NCBI GenBank assembly: GCA_039024395.1
Contig: JBCCQJ010000001.1
Span: 3,288-67,287 of the forward strand
From: Bacteroidota bacterium
GTDB taxonomy: Bacteria > Bacteroidota > Rhodothermia > Rhodothermales > Rubricoccaceae
Length of the DNA: 64,000 nucleotides
Reading direction: 5' to 3'
In this document: positions 44,342-53,812 of the stretch, in pieces
How the letters are laid out: each line of letters opens with the position of its first letter
Position numbering within the stretch: the first letter of the stretch is position 1
Notes under the pieces: model-generated
What the model saw: the letters and a program-made list of their open reading frames with translations, nothing else
Told to the model about the DNA's origin: nothing
Databases searched by the model: none
Program-made: the position numbers and the translations under genes

Positions 44342-45949
44342 ATGACGCGCTCTCTGACCGTTCTCCTGATGCTCGCCGCCCTCGCCGGGTGCCAGCACAC
44401 CGCGGCCGTCCACGCCCAGACGCCGGTCACGACCGCCGCGGAGCTTCGCGCGGCCATCGAGGCGGCCGAGCCGGGGACGGAGATCGTCATGGCCGACGGC
44501 GAGTGGAGCGACCTCCGCATCCGGTTCGTCGGCGTGGGCACCGAGGAGGCCCCGATCACGCTCCGCGCCGAGACGCCGGGCGGCGTCGTCCTCCGAGGCG
44601 CGTCCGACCTCCGGCTCGCCGGGGAGCACCTGGTCGTGGACGGCCTCCAGTTCCGCGACGGGGCCTCGCCGTCCGGCGCCGTCGTCCGGTTCTTCGCGAG
44701 CGACGACTCGCTCGCCTTCCACAGCCGCGTGACGAACTGCGCCATCGTCGACTACAACCAGCCGCAGCGCAACCAGACCGACCTCTGGGTCCAGTTCAAG
44801 GGCCGCCACAACCAGCTCGACCGCTGCTACCTGGCCGGCAAATCGAATCGCGGACCGACGATCCGGGTCGACCTCGACGGCAACCCGAGCATCTACAACC
44901 ACCACCGGATCACGAACAACCACTTCGGCCCGCGGCCGCCCAAGGGCGGGCCGAGCGCCGAGACGATCCAGATCGGCGACAGCGGCACGTCGATGGCGCC
45001 CAGCCACACCCTCGTCGCGGACAACCTGTTCGACCGGTGCAACGGCGAGGTCGAGGTGATCTCCAGCAAGGCCAACTTCAACGCGTTCCGGCGCAACGTC
45101 TTCTACCGCAGCGAGGGCTCGCTCGTGACCCGGCACGGCAACTACGCGACGGTCGACGGCAACGTGTTCATCGGCGACGGCGAGAACCCGTACTACGGCG
45201 GCGTCCGGCTGATCGGGACCGGCCACTGGATCACCAACAACACGTTCTACGGCCTCCGGGGGACCGAATTCCGCGCGCCGCTGGCGATGATGAACGGGAT
45301 TCGGCGCTCGGCCATCAACCGCTACTTCCAGGTGACCGACGTCGTGGTCGCCCACAACACGTTCGTCGACACGCGGTCGCCGTGGCAGATCGGCGTGGGC
45401 TCGAACAGAGATCAAGCGGAGGTCCTCCCCGCCTCGGAGATCCGCGACCAGGCGCCCACGCGGACGCTCCTCGCCAACAACGTGATCGTCAACGCAGAGG
45501 GCGACGACACGCCGATCCTCCGGGTCGACTCGGTCGACGGCATCGACTTCCGGAGCAACGTGATCGACAACCAGGGCGTCGCCTTCGAGGGCGTCGACGG
45601 GCTGGAGGCGCGCGACCTGACGGTCTCGGAGGTCGAGGACGGCATCTGGATCACGACCGGCGGGATCGCCTCGGTGCCCGTGCATCGGGGGTTCGAGTTC
45701 GAGCGGATCGACGAGGACCTGTTCGGGCGGTCGCGGGGGGCGCAGAACGCCGTGGGCGCGACGAACGGCACGGTCCCCGAGGCGTCCCGCTTCCTCGACC
45801 GCTCGCAGTACGGCCCGACGTGGCTCGACCCCGAGGCGGGCACGGACCGGACGCCCCAGGTCCACCCGGTCCGCGACGCCGACGCGCTCGTCCGCGCCCT
45901 CGCCGAGGCGGGGCCAGGGGATGCCATCGAGCTGGCGCCGGGCACGTAA
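44342..45949 (+). CDS. PL6 family alginate lyase, N-terminal catalytic beta-helix part (ends at an in-frame TAA)
   Basis: Lipoprotein signal MTRSLTVLLMLAALAGC. NHFGPRP...AETIQIGDS...NGEVEVISSKAN...GSLVTRHGN PL6 signature. Confidence 0.8.
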   Translation: MTRSLTVLLMLAALAGCQHTAAVHAQTPVTTAAELRAAIEAAEPGTEIVMADGEWSDLRIRFVGVGTEEAPITLRAETPGGVVLRGASDLRLAGEHLVVDGLQFRDGASPSGAVVRFFASDDSLAFHSRVTNCAIVDYNQPQRNQTDLWVQFKGRHNQLDRCYLAGKSNRGPTIRVDLDGNPSIYNHHRITNNHFGPRPPKGGPSAETIQIGDSGTSMAPSHTLVADNLFDRCNGEVEVISSKANFNAFRRNVFYRSEGSLVTRHGNYATVDGNVFIGDGENPYYGGVRLIGTGHWITNNTFYGLRGTEFRAPLAMMNGIRRSAINRYFQVTDVVVAHNTFVDTRSPWQIGVGSNRDQAEVLPASEIRDQAPTRTLLANNVIVNAEGDDTPILRVDSVDGIDFRSNVIDNQGVAFEGVDGLEARDLTVSEVEDGIWITTGGIASVPVHRGFEFERIDEDLFGRSRGAQNAVGATNGTVPEASRFLDRSQYGPTWLDPEAGTDRTPQVHPVRDADALVRALAEAGPGDAIELAPGT

Positions 45950-45952
45950 GTC

Positions 45953-46663
45953 GTGCCCGCGTCGCTCCCGGTCCGCACGCACGTCACGGTCCGCTCGGCG
46001 GACACGGCCGAGCGCTCGGTCGTCCGGTACGCCGGCGCTGCCGGCACGCCCGCGTTCGAGATGCACCCCGGTGGGCACCTCCACCTGGCCGCGGTCGCGC
46101 TCGAAGGCGACGGCGAGACAGTCGCGTTCGCCCCTCTCGCGAGCGGGATGTCTGCCCTCTACACCCTCGAGGTCACCCACGCCGAGGTCTCGAACTTCGA
46201 GACGGTCCTCAAGGCGACCAAGCACTCGTTCGCCGACGTCGTCCGCTTCGCGTTCACCTCGGTGCGGGACTGCGCGAACGGCCTGGACCTCGCGGCCGAG
46301 GACGACGACCGGGGCGACTACAACGCCGAGGCGGTGTACATCGTCGACAGCCGGTTCGACGGCATCGGGGCGAACGTGATCGACTACTACCGAGGTGGCT
46401 ACGACGAGTCGACGGTCGGCGGCACGCTGATCGTCCGCGGCTCCACGTTCACGAGCAGCGGGGCCAACGAAGAGACCGGCACCCTCATCAACACCTACGG
46501 GATCATCAACGTCGACCTCTCCGGCAACACGTTCCGTGACAACGAGGTGGAGCGGGTGGCGCTGCTCTGGGGCGCGAAGAACAATGCCCACGCCGACAAC
46601 GAGATCGTCGACTCGGGCGAGATCGTCGTCGAGCAGAACCTGCCGCAGCGGCTGGTCTACTAG
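45953..46663 (+). CDS. PL6 C-terminal beta-helix domain, same frame as 44342..45949 and separated only by a TAA plus one codon
   Basis: ...GDAIELAPGT*VVPASLPV..., where paralogs have G-T-Y. GTG at 45953. Together the two parts would make a 773-codon two-domain PL6. Confidence 0.65.
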   Translation: MPASLPVRTHVTVRSADTAERSVVRYAGAAGTPAFEMHPGGHLHLAAVALEGDGETVAFAPLASGMSALYTLEVTHAEVSNFETVLKATKHSFADVVRFAFTSVRDCANGLDLAAEDDDRGDYNAEAVYIVDSRFDGIGANVIDYYRGGYDESTVGGTLIVRGSTFTSSGANEETGTLINTYGIINVDLSGNTFRDNEVERVALLWGAKNNAHADNEIVDSGEIVVEQNLPQRLVY

Positions 46664-46664
46664 C

Positions 46665-46696
46665 CGCGCCGCCTCGGGGCCGCGCCGCCTCGGGGC
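46665..46696. repeat. tandem 16-bp CGCGCCGCCTCGGGGC x2 between convergent genes
   Basis: Direct reading of 46665-46680 and 46681-46696. Confidence 0.6.
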
Positions 46697-46702
46697 CGTT
46701 TC

Positions 46703-49399
46703 TCAGCGCACGACGGTGAGCGTCTGGCTCTCCATCCCCGCCTCGGTGGCGGCTCGCACGAGGTAGACACCCGAGGCAAGGCTGGCAGCGTCGAGCGCGA
46801 GCGGATGCCCACCAGCGGCGAGCGGCCCCTCGTGGAGGACGGCCACACGGCGGCCGAGGGCGTCGAACAGCGCCACCTCCACCGAGGCGGCCGCCTCGAC
46901 CGTCAGGAGGAGGGTCGTGCGAGTGCGGACCGGGTTCGGGCCGGCCAGGGCCAGAGACAAGCCGCGCCGCGCCGGGTCACGCGGCTCCGAGGCGGTCGCG
47001 CCCACCGCCTCGGGGCCGACGTCGGCGGCGGTGAGCGGGGCGTAGAGGACGGGCGCGGACGGGTCGTACTCGTCGGCGCCCACGTCGGGCGTGACGCGGG
47101 TCTGCCCCTGCACATCGAGGGCTGGCGCGCCCGGCCCCGAGGCGGCCGCGTCGATGGCCGGCGAGCCAGCCGCGAGCAGCCACGGGAGGTCGCCACCGGC
47201 GAGGCCGGGGTCGGCCACGCGGATCTGCGCCTCGGGGGCCGTCACGCCGAGGGCGGCCGTGCCGGTGGGCCACATGAGGTTGTCCCGCCACGTCGGCGCT
47301 GTGGGCGCGGTGTAGACATGGATGAGGTCCGCCTCGGCGCCCTCGACGACGTTGTTGGCGAACGTGATCTGGCGCGGCGGGCGGGTGTAGCCGCTGCCCG
47401 TGTACCCGATCTCGATCCCGTGCGTGTTGCCGACGAGCGTGTTGTGGGCGATGAGCGCTCGCTGCGGCGTGAAGTGGCGCGTGAGGTCGGTCGTCGAGCC
47501 GTAGTCGGCGTCGCCGTTCGTGACGGCGAGCGGCGCGTCGAAGCGGGTGCCCGTGAGCCCGGTCATCACGTTGTTGACGATGACGTGGTCGTCGCCGTAG
47601 AACCGGATGCCGCCGGTTCCCTCGCGGCCCTCCCCCAGGAAGACGTTGCCCTCGACGAGCGTCCGGTTGCCGTGGCGCACCGAGAGCGTGCCCTGGCTCC
47701 GCCGGAACGTGTTGTAGCGGACGACGGCGTCGCTCGTCTTGACCGAGATGATCTCTGGGTCGCCGTCACACGCCTCGAACAGGTTGTGCTCGACGGTCGT
47801 GAATCCGCTCGAGAGCGACATGGCGCTCCACCCCACACGGATCGCCTCCTTCTCGTTCGTGGCTCGGGGGCCGGTGCGGAGGAAGTGGTTGTGGTCGATC
47901 CAGTCGTTCTGCGACGAGAGCGCATTCGGCGGCTCGGAGCCGTCGATGGTGATGAAGTTGCCCAGCTCGGCCTTGTCCTCGAACCGGTTATGGTCGATCC
48001 GGTTGTGGTCGCTGAACGGGACCCAGAGGTCGGACGTCCCGCCGACGACGATCCACTTGAGCGACGCCGTCTCCCCGAGGCGAAACACGTTCTGCGTGAT
48101 CCGGGCGTGCGAGGCGCTCTCCAGCTTGACGGCCGTCACGTCGGTGCCCGCGAACACAAAGCCCTGGATCGTGACGTGGGCTGCCTGCTTGATCGCGAAC
48201 GCGGACTCGCCGGTCAGCGTGACACCGCCGACGGTCTGAGCGCGGACCGTAACCGGGTGCCCCTCCACCCCGCCCTCACGGATCGAGACGAGGCCGATGT
48301 CGTAGGTCCCGTTGGCCATCTCGATCACGTCGCCGGGGCGGGCGTTCTCGAGCGCGTCCTCGAGCGCACTCCCCGAGGCGGCCGTCACCACGCGCGTCTC
48401 GGGCGGGGCGTTGGGGTCGGCGCAGACGAACGGGCGGAAGGCCAGCCGGTCGGTCACGGTGAATTGGATTTCGGCCGCCTCCGCCTCGGAGTCGCCGGTC
48501 CAGCCGCAGGCGACGAACCCGTCGTCGGGCGTGACGGTCGCCGTGACGACCGTGCCCTCGTCGTAGAGGACGCCCGGGCCGTCGTCAGGCGCCGTGCCCG
48601 CTGGGCTCAGCGCGACCGCCCCCGCCGAGGGCTCGAACACGACGACCGGGTACTGGGGGACCACCTCGGGGAAGGTGACCCCCGCCGGCGCCTCGGTGCC
48701 GACGGCGAGGCGGTCGATGCCGACGTCGGCCGAGCCCGAGGTGTCGTCGGAGCCGAGGTTGAGCGTGAGCGCGTGGTACTGACGCTCGCCGCCGGTGCGG
48801 TCCCCCGAGGCGGACGGCGTGTAGCTCTCGCGGAAGGCCACGGCGACCGGCTCGGCTGCGTTCAGGCTCACCTGGTACGTCCCCGCCTCGAAGTCGGTAC
48901 GGACGGTGATCCGGGTCCACGCGCCGACGGTGTAGCTCCCGATCGGGACCGCCGTGAAGGTGTCGAAGATGCGGACTTGCCCCGTGCCGGCCGCCGGCGT
49001 GTCGAAGTCGATCACGAAGGCCCGCTTGCGGCTGCCGCCGTAGAGGTCGACCCCGCTCAGGGTGAACCGGGCGGCGGACAGTTGGCGGACGTTGACCCAG
49101 AGGTCGGTGTAGACCACGCCCGGGATGCCGTCCTCCCGCCCGTCGAAGGCGACGTGGTCCACGCGGAGCCTCCCCGAGGTCGACACCCGGAGTCCCTGCG
49201 CTCCGTCCTCGACGTAGTCCGCACCTGACGTGACGGCGGCCGTGCCGCTCGCGACGGCCCAGCCGTTGCGGCCGTTCACCGAGGCGGCGGGGTAGCCTTC
49301 GGCGGCCTCGAACGAGGTCTCGATGGCCGTCGTCTGCGCCGCCGCGCCGCTCGCGAGGGCGACGAGGAGAAGCCAGCCCACCCTCATGCGGACGCGCAC
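46703..49399 (-). CDS. PL6-like lyase with a ~330-aa N-terminal extension and a T9SS C-terminal sorting domain
   Basis: NHFLRTGPRATNEKEAIRVGWS...DGDPEIISVKTSD...GTLSVRHGN. CTD LALAGPNPVRTRTTLLLT...VALFDALGRRVAVL...GVYLVRA...LTVVR. Confidence 0.8.
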   Translation of the reverse strand: MRVRMRVGWLLLVALASGAAAQTTAIETSFEAAEGYPAASVNGRNGWAVASGTAAVTSGADYVEDGAQGLRVSTSGRLRVDHVAFDGREDGIPGVVYTDLWVNVRQLSAARFTLSGVDLYGGSRKRAFVIDFDTPAAGTGQVRIFDTFTAVPIGSYTVGAWTRITVRTDFEAGTYQVSLNAAEPVAVAFRESYTPSASGDRTGGERQYHALTLNLGSDDTSGSADVGIDRLAVGTEAPAGVTFPEVVPQYPVVVFEPSAGAVALSPAGTAPDDGPGVLYDEGTVVTATVTPDDGFVACGWTGDSEAEAAEIQFTVTDRLAFRPFVCADPNAPPETRVVTAASGSALEDALENARPGDVIEMANGTYDIGLVSIREGGVEGHPVTVRAQTVGGVTLTGESAFAIKQAAHVTIQGFVFAGTDVTAVKLESASHARITQNVFRLGETASLKWIVVGGTSDLWVPFSDHNRIDHNRFEDKAELGNFITIDGSEPPNALSSQNDWIDHNHFLRTGPRATNEKEAIRVGWSAMSLSSGFTTVEHNLFEACDGDPEIISVKTSDAVVRYNTFRRSQGTLSVRHGNRTLVEGNVFLGEGREGTGGIRFYGDDHVIVNNVMTGLTGTRFDAPLAVTNGDADYGSTTDLTRHFTPQRALIAHNTLVGNTHGIEIGYTGSGYTRPPRQITFANNVVEGAEADLIHVYTAPTAPTWRDNLMWPTGTAALGVTAPEAQIRVADPGLAGGDLPWLLAAGSPAIDAAASGPGAPALDVQGQTRVTPDVGADEYDPSAPVLYAPLTAADVGPEAVGATASEPRDPARRGLSLALAGPNPVRTRTTLLLTVEAAASVEVALFDALGRRVAVLHEGPLAAGGHPLALDAASLASGVYLVRAATEAGMESQTLTVVR

Positions 49400-49529
49400 C
49401 CGGGGGCGGCGCCGGACAACCCGGCCTCGCGGATCACGTGGGGAAGGACGGCCCCGCCGAGGCCCTCTGGCTCGCCCCCAGCGGCCGGTCGTAGCACCCA
49501 GCAGGAAACGTCGGCGAGGGAGGCGCGCG

Positions 49530-51257
49530 TCATCGGGCGAGGGTGATCAGCCGGTAGTCCCTCCGGCCCTCGGCTTCCATCACGAGGAGGTACGTGCCGG
49601 TCGGGAGGCCGGCCCCATCGAGCGTGAACTCGGTCGTGCCCGCCGGGTAGGTCCCATTCAACACGCGCCGGACCTCGCGGCCGCTGATGTCGAACAGGCG
49701 CACCACCACCGAGGCGGGCGCGTCGAGCGCGAACGACACGGTGGTCGTGCTGTCGAACGGGTTGGGGAAGGTGGGCGCCAACCGCGAGGCCTGTCGCACC
49801 GGGGCATCGTCCGCCGCGACGCCCACGCGCCACACCGGACCGACGTCGTCGGGGTCGAGCGGGCCGAGCGTTCGGGGGTCGGCCGAGACCTCGTCGGCGC
49901 CGACGTCGGCCGTCGCGCGCGTCTGACCGTCCATGTCCGCCTCGGGGGCGAACGCGGCCGCGGCGGCGTCGACGAGCGGGCTCGTGGCCGACGGGCGCAA
50001 CAGGCCGTCGGCTCCCTCTTCCAGCTCGGGGTTGGCGAAGGTGACGCCGTCTGGGAAGTCGCTGCTCGGCTGGCCGAAAAACACATTCCCAGACCACTCC
50101 GAGGTGCCGACCGGCTCCAGGTCCACATCGATGATCGGCGCGCTCAGCCGCGTCTGGACGGCGTTGTTGACGACCGTGATGTCCTCCGGAGGAAGCGACT
50201 GGTCGCTGCTGTTGCCGACCCCGATCACGAACGTGCGGTCCGTGTTGACGAACGTGTTGTGGGCCACGAGCGGCCGCTTGACCTGGAAGTAGCGGTTGAG
50301 CGGCGAGTTCGGGACGCCCTGCACCATGGAGAGCGGGGCCGAGTAGCCCGTCCCGCGGAGCCCGAGGAAGTAGTTGTTGACGACCCGGTGATCCTCGCCG
50401 ATGATGCGGACGCCGCCCGTGCCAGACACCCCCTCGCCCAAGAAGAAGTTGCCCTCGACGAGGCAGTCGTTCCCGTGGCGGAGCGTGAGCGTGCCCTGGG
50501 CGCGGCGGAAGGTGTTGCTCCGGTAGACGTTGCCGTTCGACTTGTTGGAGATGATCTCGATCTCCCCGTTCGTCTCCGTGAACAGGTTCCGCTCGACGAC
50601 CACGTTCGCGTACTGCATCGACCGGCCGCTGGTGCCGATGCGGATCGTCTCGGCGCCGTTGTCGCCGAACTCGGGCCGCGGGCCGAAATGGTTGCGGTCG
50701 ATCCGGTGCTCCGGCGGATCGCCGCCGGTGACGAGCCACACCACGAGGAGCGCGCCCTCGTTCGTTTTGCCGGCGAAGTAGCAGTGGTCGACCCGGTTGA
50801 AGCGGCCGTACAGCGAGACCCACTTGTACTCGGTGCGGACGTTGGCCGGGTTGTAGTCGACGACGGTGCAGTTCGTCAGCCGGCTGTGGTTGGCGAGGTC
50901 GCTCGACGACCGCCGAAACTGGATGACCGGTCTCCCGTCAGGGAGCGCCCCGTTCTCGAAGCGCAGCCCGTCCACCTTCAGGTAGTCCCCGCCGATCGAC
51001 AGGTTGGACGAGCCCGTCAGAATCACCTCGCCCGGCGTCTCGGCGCGGAGCGTGATCGTGTCGCCCACGACGCCGTCGGCGTCGAAGTTGATGGGCGTGT
51101 CTTCCCACGTCCCGTTCGCCATCGTGATGACGTCGCCCGGTTCGGAGGCTCGGACGGCCGCGCCCAGCTCGGCGGCCGTCGTCACGAAGCGGTCGGTCTG
51201 GGCGTGCGCGCCCGCCGCCACCGAGGCGGTCAGCACCAGGGCAAGGAGGAAACGCAT
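49530..51257 (-). CDS. PL6 family alginate lyase with a T9SS C-terminal sorting domain
   Basis: Signal MRFLLALVLTASVAAGAHAQ. NHFGPRPEFGDNGAETIRIGTS...NGEIEIISNKSN...GTLTLRHGN. CTD FPNPFDSTTTVSFAL...VRLFDISGREV...GTYLLVMEA. Start trimmed to 51257 (TGATG overlap). Confidence 0.85.
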   Translation of the reverse strand: MRFLLALVLTASVAAGAHAQTDRFVTTAAELGAAVRASEPGDVITMANGTWEDTPINFDADGVVGDTITLRAETPGEVILTGSSNLSIGGDYLKVDGLRFENGALPDGRPVIQFRRSSSDLANHSRLTNCTVVDYNPANVRTEYKWVSLYGRFNRVDHCYFAGKTNEGALLVVWLVTGGDPPEHRIDRNHFGPRPEFGDNGAETIRIGTSGRSMQYANVVVERNLFTETNGEIEIISNKSNGNVYRSNTFRRAQGTLTLRHGNDCLVEGNFFLGEGVSGTGGVRIIGEDHRVVNNYFLGLRGTGYSAPLSMVQGVPNSPLNRYFQVKRPLVAHNTFVNTDRTFVIGVGNSSDQSLPPEDITVVNNAVQTRLSAPIIDVDLEPVGTSEWSGNVFFGQPSSDFPDGVTFANPELEEGADGLLRPSATSPLVDAAAAAFAPEADMDGQTRATADVGADEVSADPRTLGPLDPDDVGPVWRVGVAADDAPVRQASRLAPTFPNPFDSTTTVSFALDAPASVVVRLFDISGREVRRVLNGTYPAGTTEFTLDGAGLPTGTYLLVMEAEGRRDYRLITLAR

Positions 51258-52663
51258 CAGCGGGAGAATGGCAGGGCATAGGCCGCCTCGAAGAAGACGG
51301 CATGGCGCGTGACCGAGTTGTCGTTGCCGTTCGAGAGCCACAGGTCCTCGTAGCGGAGGCTCGACAGCTCGTAGGTCACGTCGAGGGCCACCGGCCCGAG
51401 CGCGAGACCCACGCCGGCTCCGAACACGTCGGCCCGTGCGGGCCGGTCGAGCAGCGCCGCGCCGGCCGGAGCGAACGCCTGGGCCTGCTCGCGGTAGCCG
51501 CCTCGGAGGGCGAGTCCGTCGAACGCCTGGAACTCGGCCCCGAGGTGGACGGTGCTCCCGCTCACCCACGGCTGGACCGCCTCGGTGGAGTCGGCGTAGA
51601 GGACCTCCGCGCTGCCAAGCGCGCGGAGGTCGACGTCGGCGGCGACCACGAGCCGGTCGCTCGGCCGAACGGAGGCGCCGACCGTGAACGCAGAGGCGAA
51701 CTGAACCTCGTCGGTGCCGGCCGTGCCATCGCTCCGCGACCACTCGCGAGAGAGCGTGTAGCCGGGCTGCCAGACGGCGTCGAAGGCGAGAACCCCCGTC
51801 TCGAATCCACCCGCCAGGGCAAACCGCGTACCCGAGACGTCCGACGTCCCCGTCACGACGGTCTCGCCGCCCGTCGGCGCGGCGAGGCTAAAGCGGTTCT
51901 GGAAGCGGAGCGTGAACTCGCCCCGGTCGAGGACCTGCTCGGTGTCGTCGGACGAGCCGGTGAGGACCGTCGCTGAGAGGCCGAGCGAGAACGGGCCGCG
52001 GGCGAGCGCGAGCGCCGGCGTGATGCCGTAGACGGCGCCGGTGCGCTGGCGGCTGAACTGTGCCCACCCGACGAGGAGCGAGTCGCCGTCCTGGATGCGC
52101 GGGATCGGCTCCGGCCGGATCTCCCCGATGTTGGGGTCGAGCGCGTTGTTGTTCTGGAAGTAGTGATCGAGGTCGGCCACCTGCGCCGCCCCGAGCCCGG
52201 CCGTCAGTTCCACCCCGCCGGGCGCAAACGGGAGCGGGACCGCTACCGACCCCAGCGTCGGTCGCACCGACGACAGGTTCTCGTCCCAGTCGGGCGTGAT
52301 GTCGTCGAAGGCCCGCGTCGGGTTGGGCGAGGTCGGGTCGTTCTCGAAGATCAGACTCAGCTCGAGGTAGAGCCGGTTGGGCACCCACGTCTGGTCCTGG
52401 CTCAGCGCCTGCGCGACGGCTCCGCCCCCGAGGCGGGCCTCCGCCTCGGTGAGGTGGCGGAGCGCGGCCGGGTTCGAAAAGAGAGCCGCCGACGTGGCGA
52501 GGCCGCTGGCGCGGACGCCACCCATCGCGCGGGCCCGGGCGCCCACGGCCTCCTGCCGGTCGAGCCCCTGGATCGAGAGCGGGGCGGCGGCGTCCTGAGC
52601 CGCCGCCTCAGGGGTCGCGAGCGACGCCAGGGCGACGAGGACGAGGAGCGTACGAATCGGCAT
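51257..52663 (-). CDS. outer-membrane beta-barrel protein (FadL/PorV-like), function unknown
   Basis: Signal MPIRTLLVLVALASLATPEAAAQ. ARARAMGGV...ALFSNPAAL motif. Start trimmed to the ATG at 52663, because the upstream part of the ORF is the antisense of the repeat. Confidence 0.7.
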   Translation of the reverse strand: MPIRTLLVLVALASLATPEAAAQDAAAPLSIQGLDRQEAVGARARAMGGVRASGLATSAALFSNPAALRHLTEAEARLGGGAVAQALSQDQTWVPNRLYLELSLIFENDPTSPNPTRAFDDITPDWDENLSSVRPTLGSVAVPLPFAPGGVELTAGLGAAQVADLDHYFQNNNALDPNIGEIRPEPIPRIQDGDSLLVGWAQFSRQRTGAVYGITPALALARGPFSLGLSATVLTGSSDDTEQVLDRGEFTLRFQNRFSLAAPTGGETVVTGTSDVSGTRFALAGGFETGVLAFDAVWQPGYTLSREWSRSDGTAGTDEVQFASAFTVGASVRPSDRLVVAADVDLRALGSAEVLYADSTEAVQPWVSGSTVHLGAEFQAFDGLALRGGYREQAQAFAPAGAALLDRPARADVFGAGVGLALGPVALDVTYELSSLRYEDLWLSNGNDNSVTRHAVFFEAAYALPFSR

Positions 52664-52680
52664 CGAGGGGGACGGATTAG

Positions 52681-52788
52681 AGTGGTTTACGCTGAGGTGC
52701 GGTACACGCATCTCGCCGGAACCGGTCGCTACGTTCGGGCAACGGCGTTTCTGACCCACGGACGTACTGAACCACGACTCCACGGACT
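52681..52788 (-). repeat. 108-bp repeat family, copy 3, filling an intra-operon spacer
   Basis: Aligns with 430-538 and 31799-31906. Its right-hand CTAG (52789-52792) contains the TAG stop of the PorV-like gene. The left boundary is TTAG. Confidence 0.6.
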
Positions 52789-53808
52789 CTAGGGGAGGGT
52801 CGCGCCGATCGTGAGGCGGTGGACCGCGCCGAGGAACTCGCCCATGTCCCCGTAGCTGTAGTCGATCCCGAAGCGGGCGCCGCTGAGGTCCGCGTTGAGG
52901 CCGGCCCCCAGCGTGATCCCCTCGGTGTCGTAGTTCATCTTGTAGCCGGCCCGGAGCGCGATCAGTTCGGCGAAGGCGTACTCCGCCCCGAACTGCATCT
53001 GCTGGTCGTAGTCGTTGGGCTGGTGGAGGTCGTAGGCGACCGTCAGCCGGTTCTGCGCGTTCTGCTGCACGATCCCGTTCGGCCCCACGAGATCGCCCGA
53101 CGCCCCGAGGCGGAACGTCAGCGGGGCCGCGAAGCGCTCCTCGACGAAGGCCACCTCGGGGCCGAAGTTCTGGACCGACATTGCGATGTCGAGCGAGCGG
53201 AACCCGGTCTCGTACTGAATCCCGAAGTCGAACAGGACCGCCCCGGCCGCTGTGTTCACGTCGCCGGCCGCCGGCCCGTCGTAGAGCGACTCGTAGGCGT
53301 ACTTGGCCGTCACGCCTGTCGCGAACCGGTCGGTCAGGCGCCGGGCGTACGAGACGCCGGCCACGAACGCCGTCGGGCCGAACGTGCTGCCGGTCAGGCC
53401 GGGGTTGTACGTCCCGTCGGGGTTGAACCCGAGGTTCTCCGTCCGCGTCTCGGCGATGCTGCCGTAGTCGACGGCCTGGACCTGGAACCCGATCTGGCCG
53501 AGCCCTCTCACCGAGGTGGCGTACCCGGCCGACGAGAGGCGGGTGTCGACGAGGTACGGGATGTGGGTCGCCGTGACGGCGTGGCCGGTCGTGCTGGCGA
53601 GGCCGGCCGGGTTCCAGAACAGGGCCTCGGCCCCCTTCGCCAGCCCGACGTAGGCGTCGCCCATGGCCGTCGCGCGGGCCGTCGGCATCACCTTGAGGAA
53701 CTGGAACGACGTCGTCCCCACCTTCTGAGCCGCCGCGGGCGGGGCCGCGACGAGGAGCGCCAGCGCGGCGATCGCCACGAGCCGGACAGGGTTTCGGGAG
53801 GCGATCAT
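52789..53808 (-). CDS. PorV/PorQ-like T9SS-associated outer-membrane protein
   Basis: VGTTSFQFLKVMPTARATAMGDAYVGLAKGAEALFWNPAGLA is the characteristic PorV/LptO N-terminal signature. 339 aa beta-barrel. Confidence 0.75.
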   Translation of the reverse strand: MIASRNPVRLVAIAALALLVAAPPAAAQKVGTTSFQFLKVMPTARATAMGDAYVGLAKGAEALFWNPAGLASTTGHAVTATHIPYLVDTRLSSAGYATSVRGLGQIGFQVQAVDYGSIAETRTENLGFNPDGTYNPGLTGSTFGPTAFVAGVSYARRLTDRFATGVTAKYAYESLYDGPAAGDVNTAAGAVLFDFGIQYETGFRSLDIAMSVQNFGPEVAFVEERFAAPLTFRLGASGDLVGPNGIVQQNAQNRLTVAYDLHQPNDYDQQMQFGAEYAFAELIALRAGYKMNYDTEGITLGAGLNADLSGARFGIDYSYGDMGEFLGAVHRLTIGATLP

Positions 53809-53812
53809 GACT

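Noticed and set aside
46665-46696. CRISPR-like direct repeats (also considered for 17600-17651)
   Set aside because: Only 2-2.5 contiguous copies of 16-21 bp, with no spacers and no cas genes. These are simple tandem repeats.
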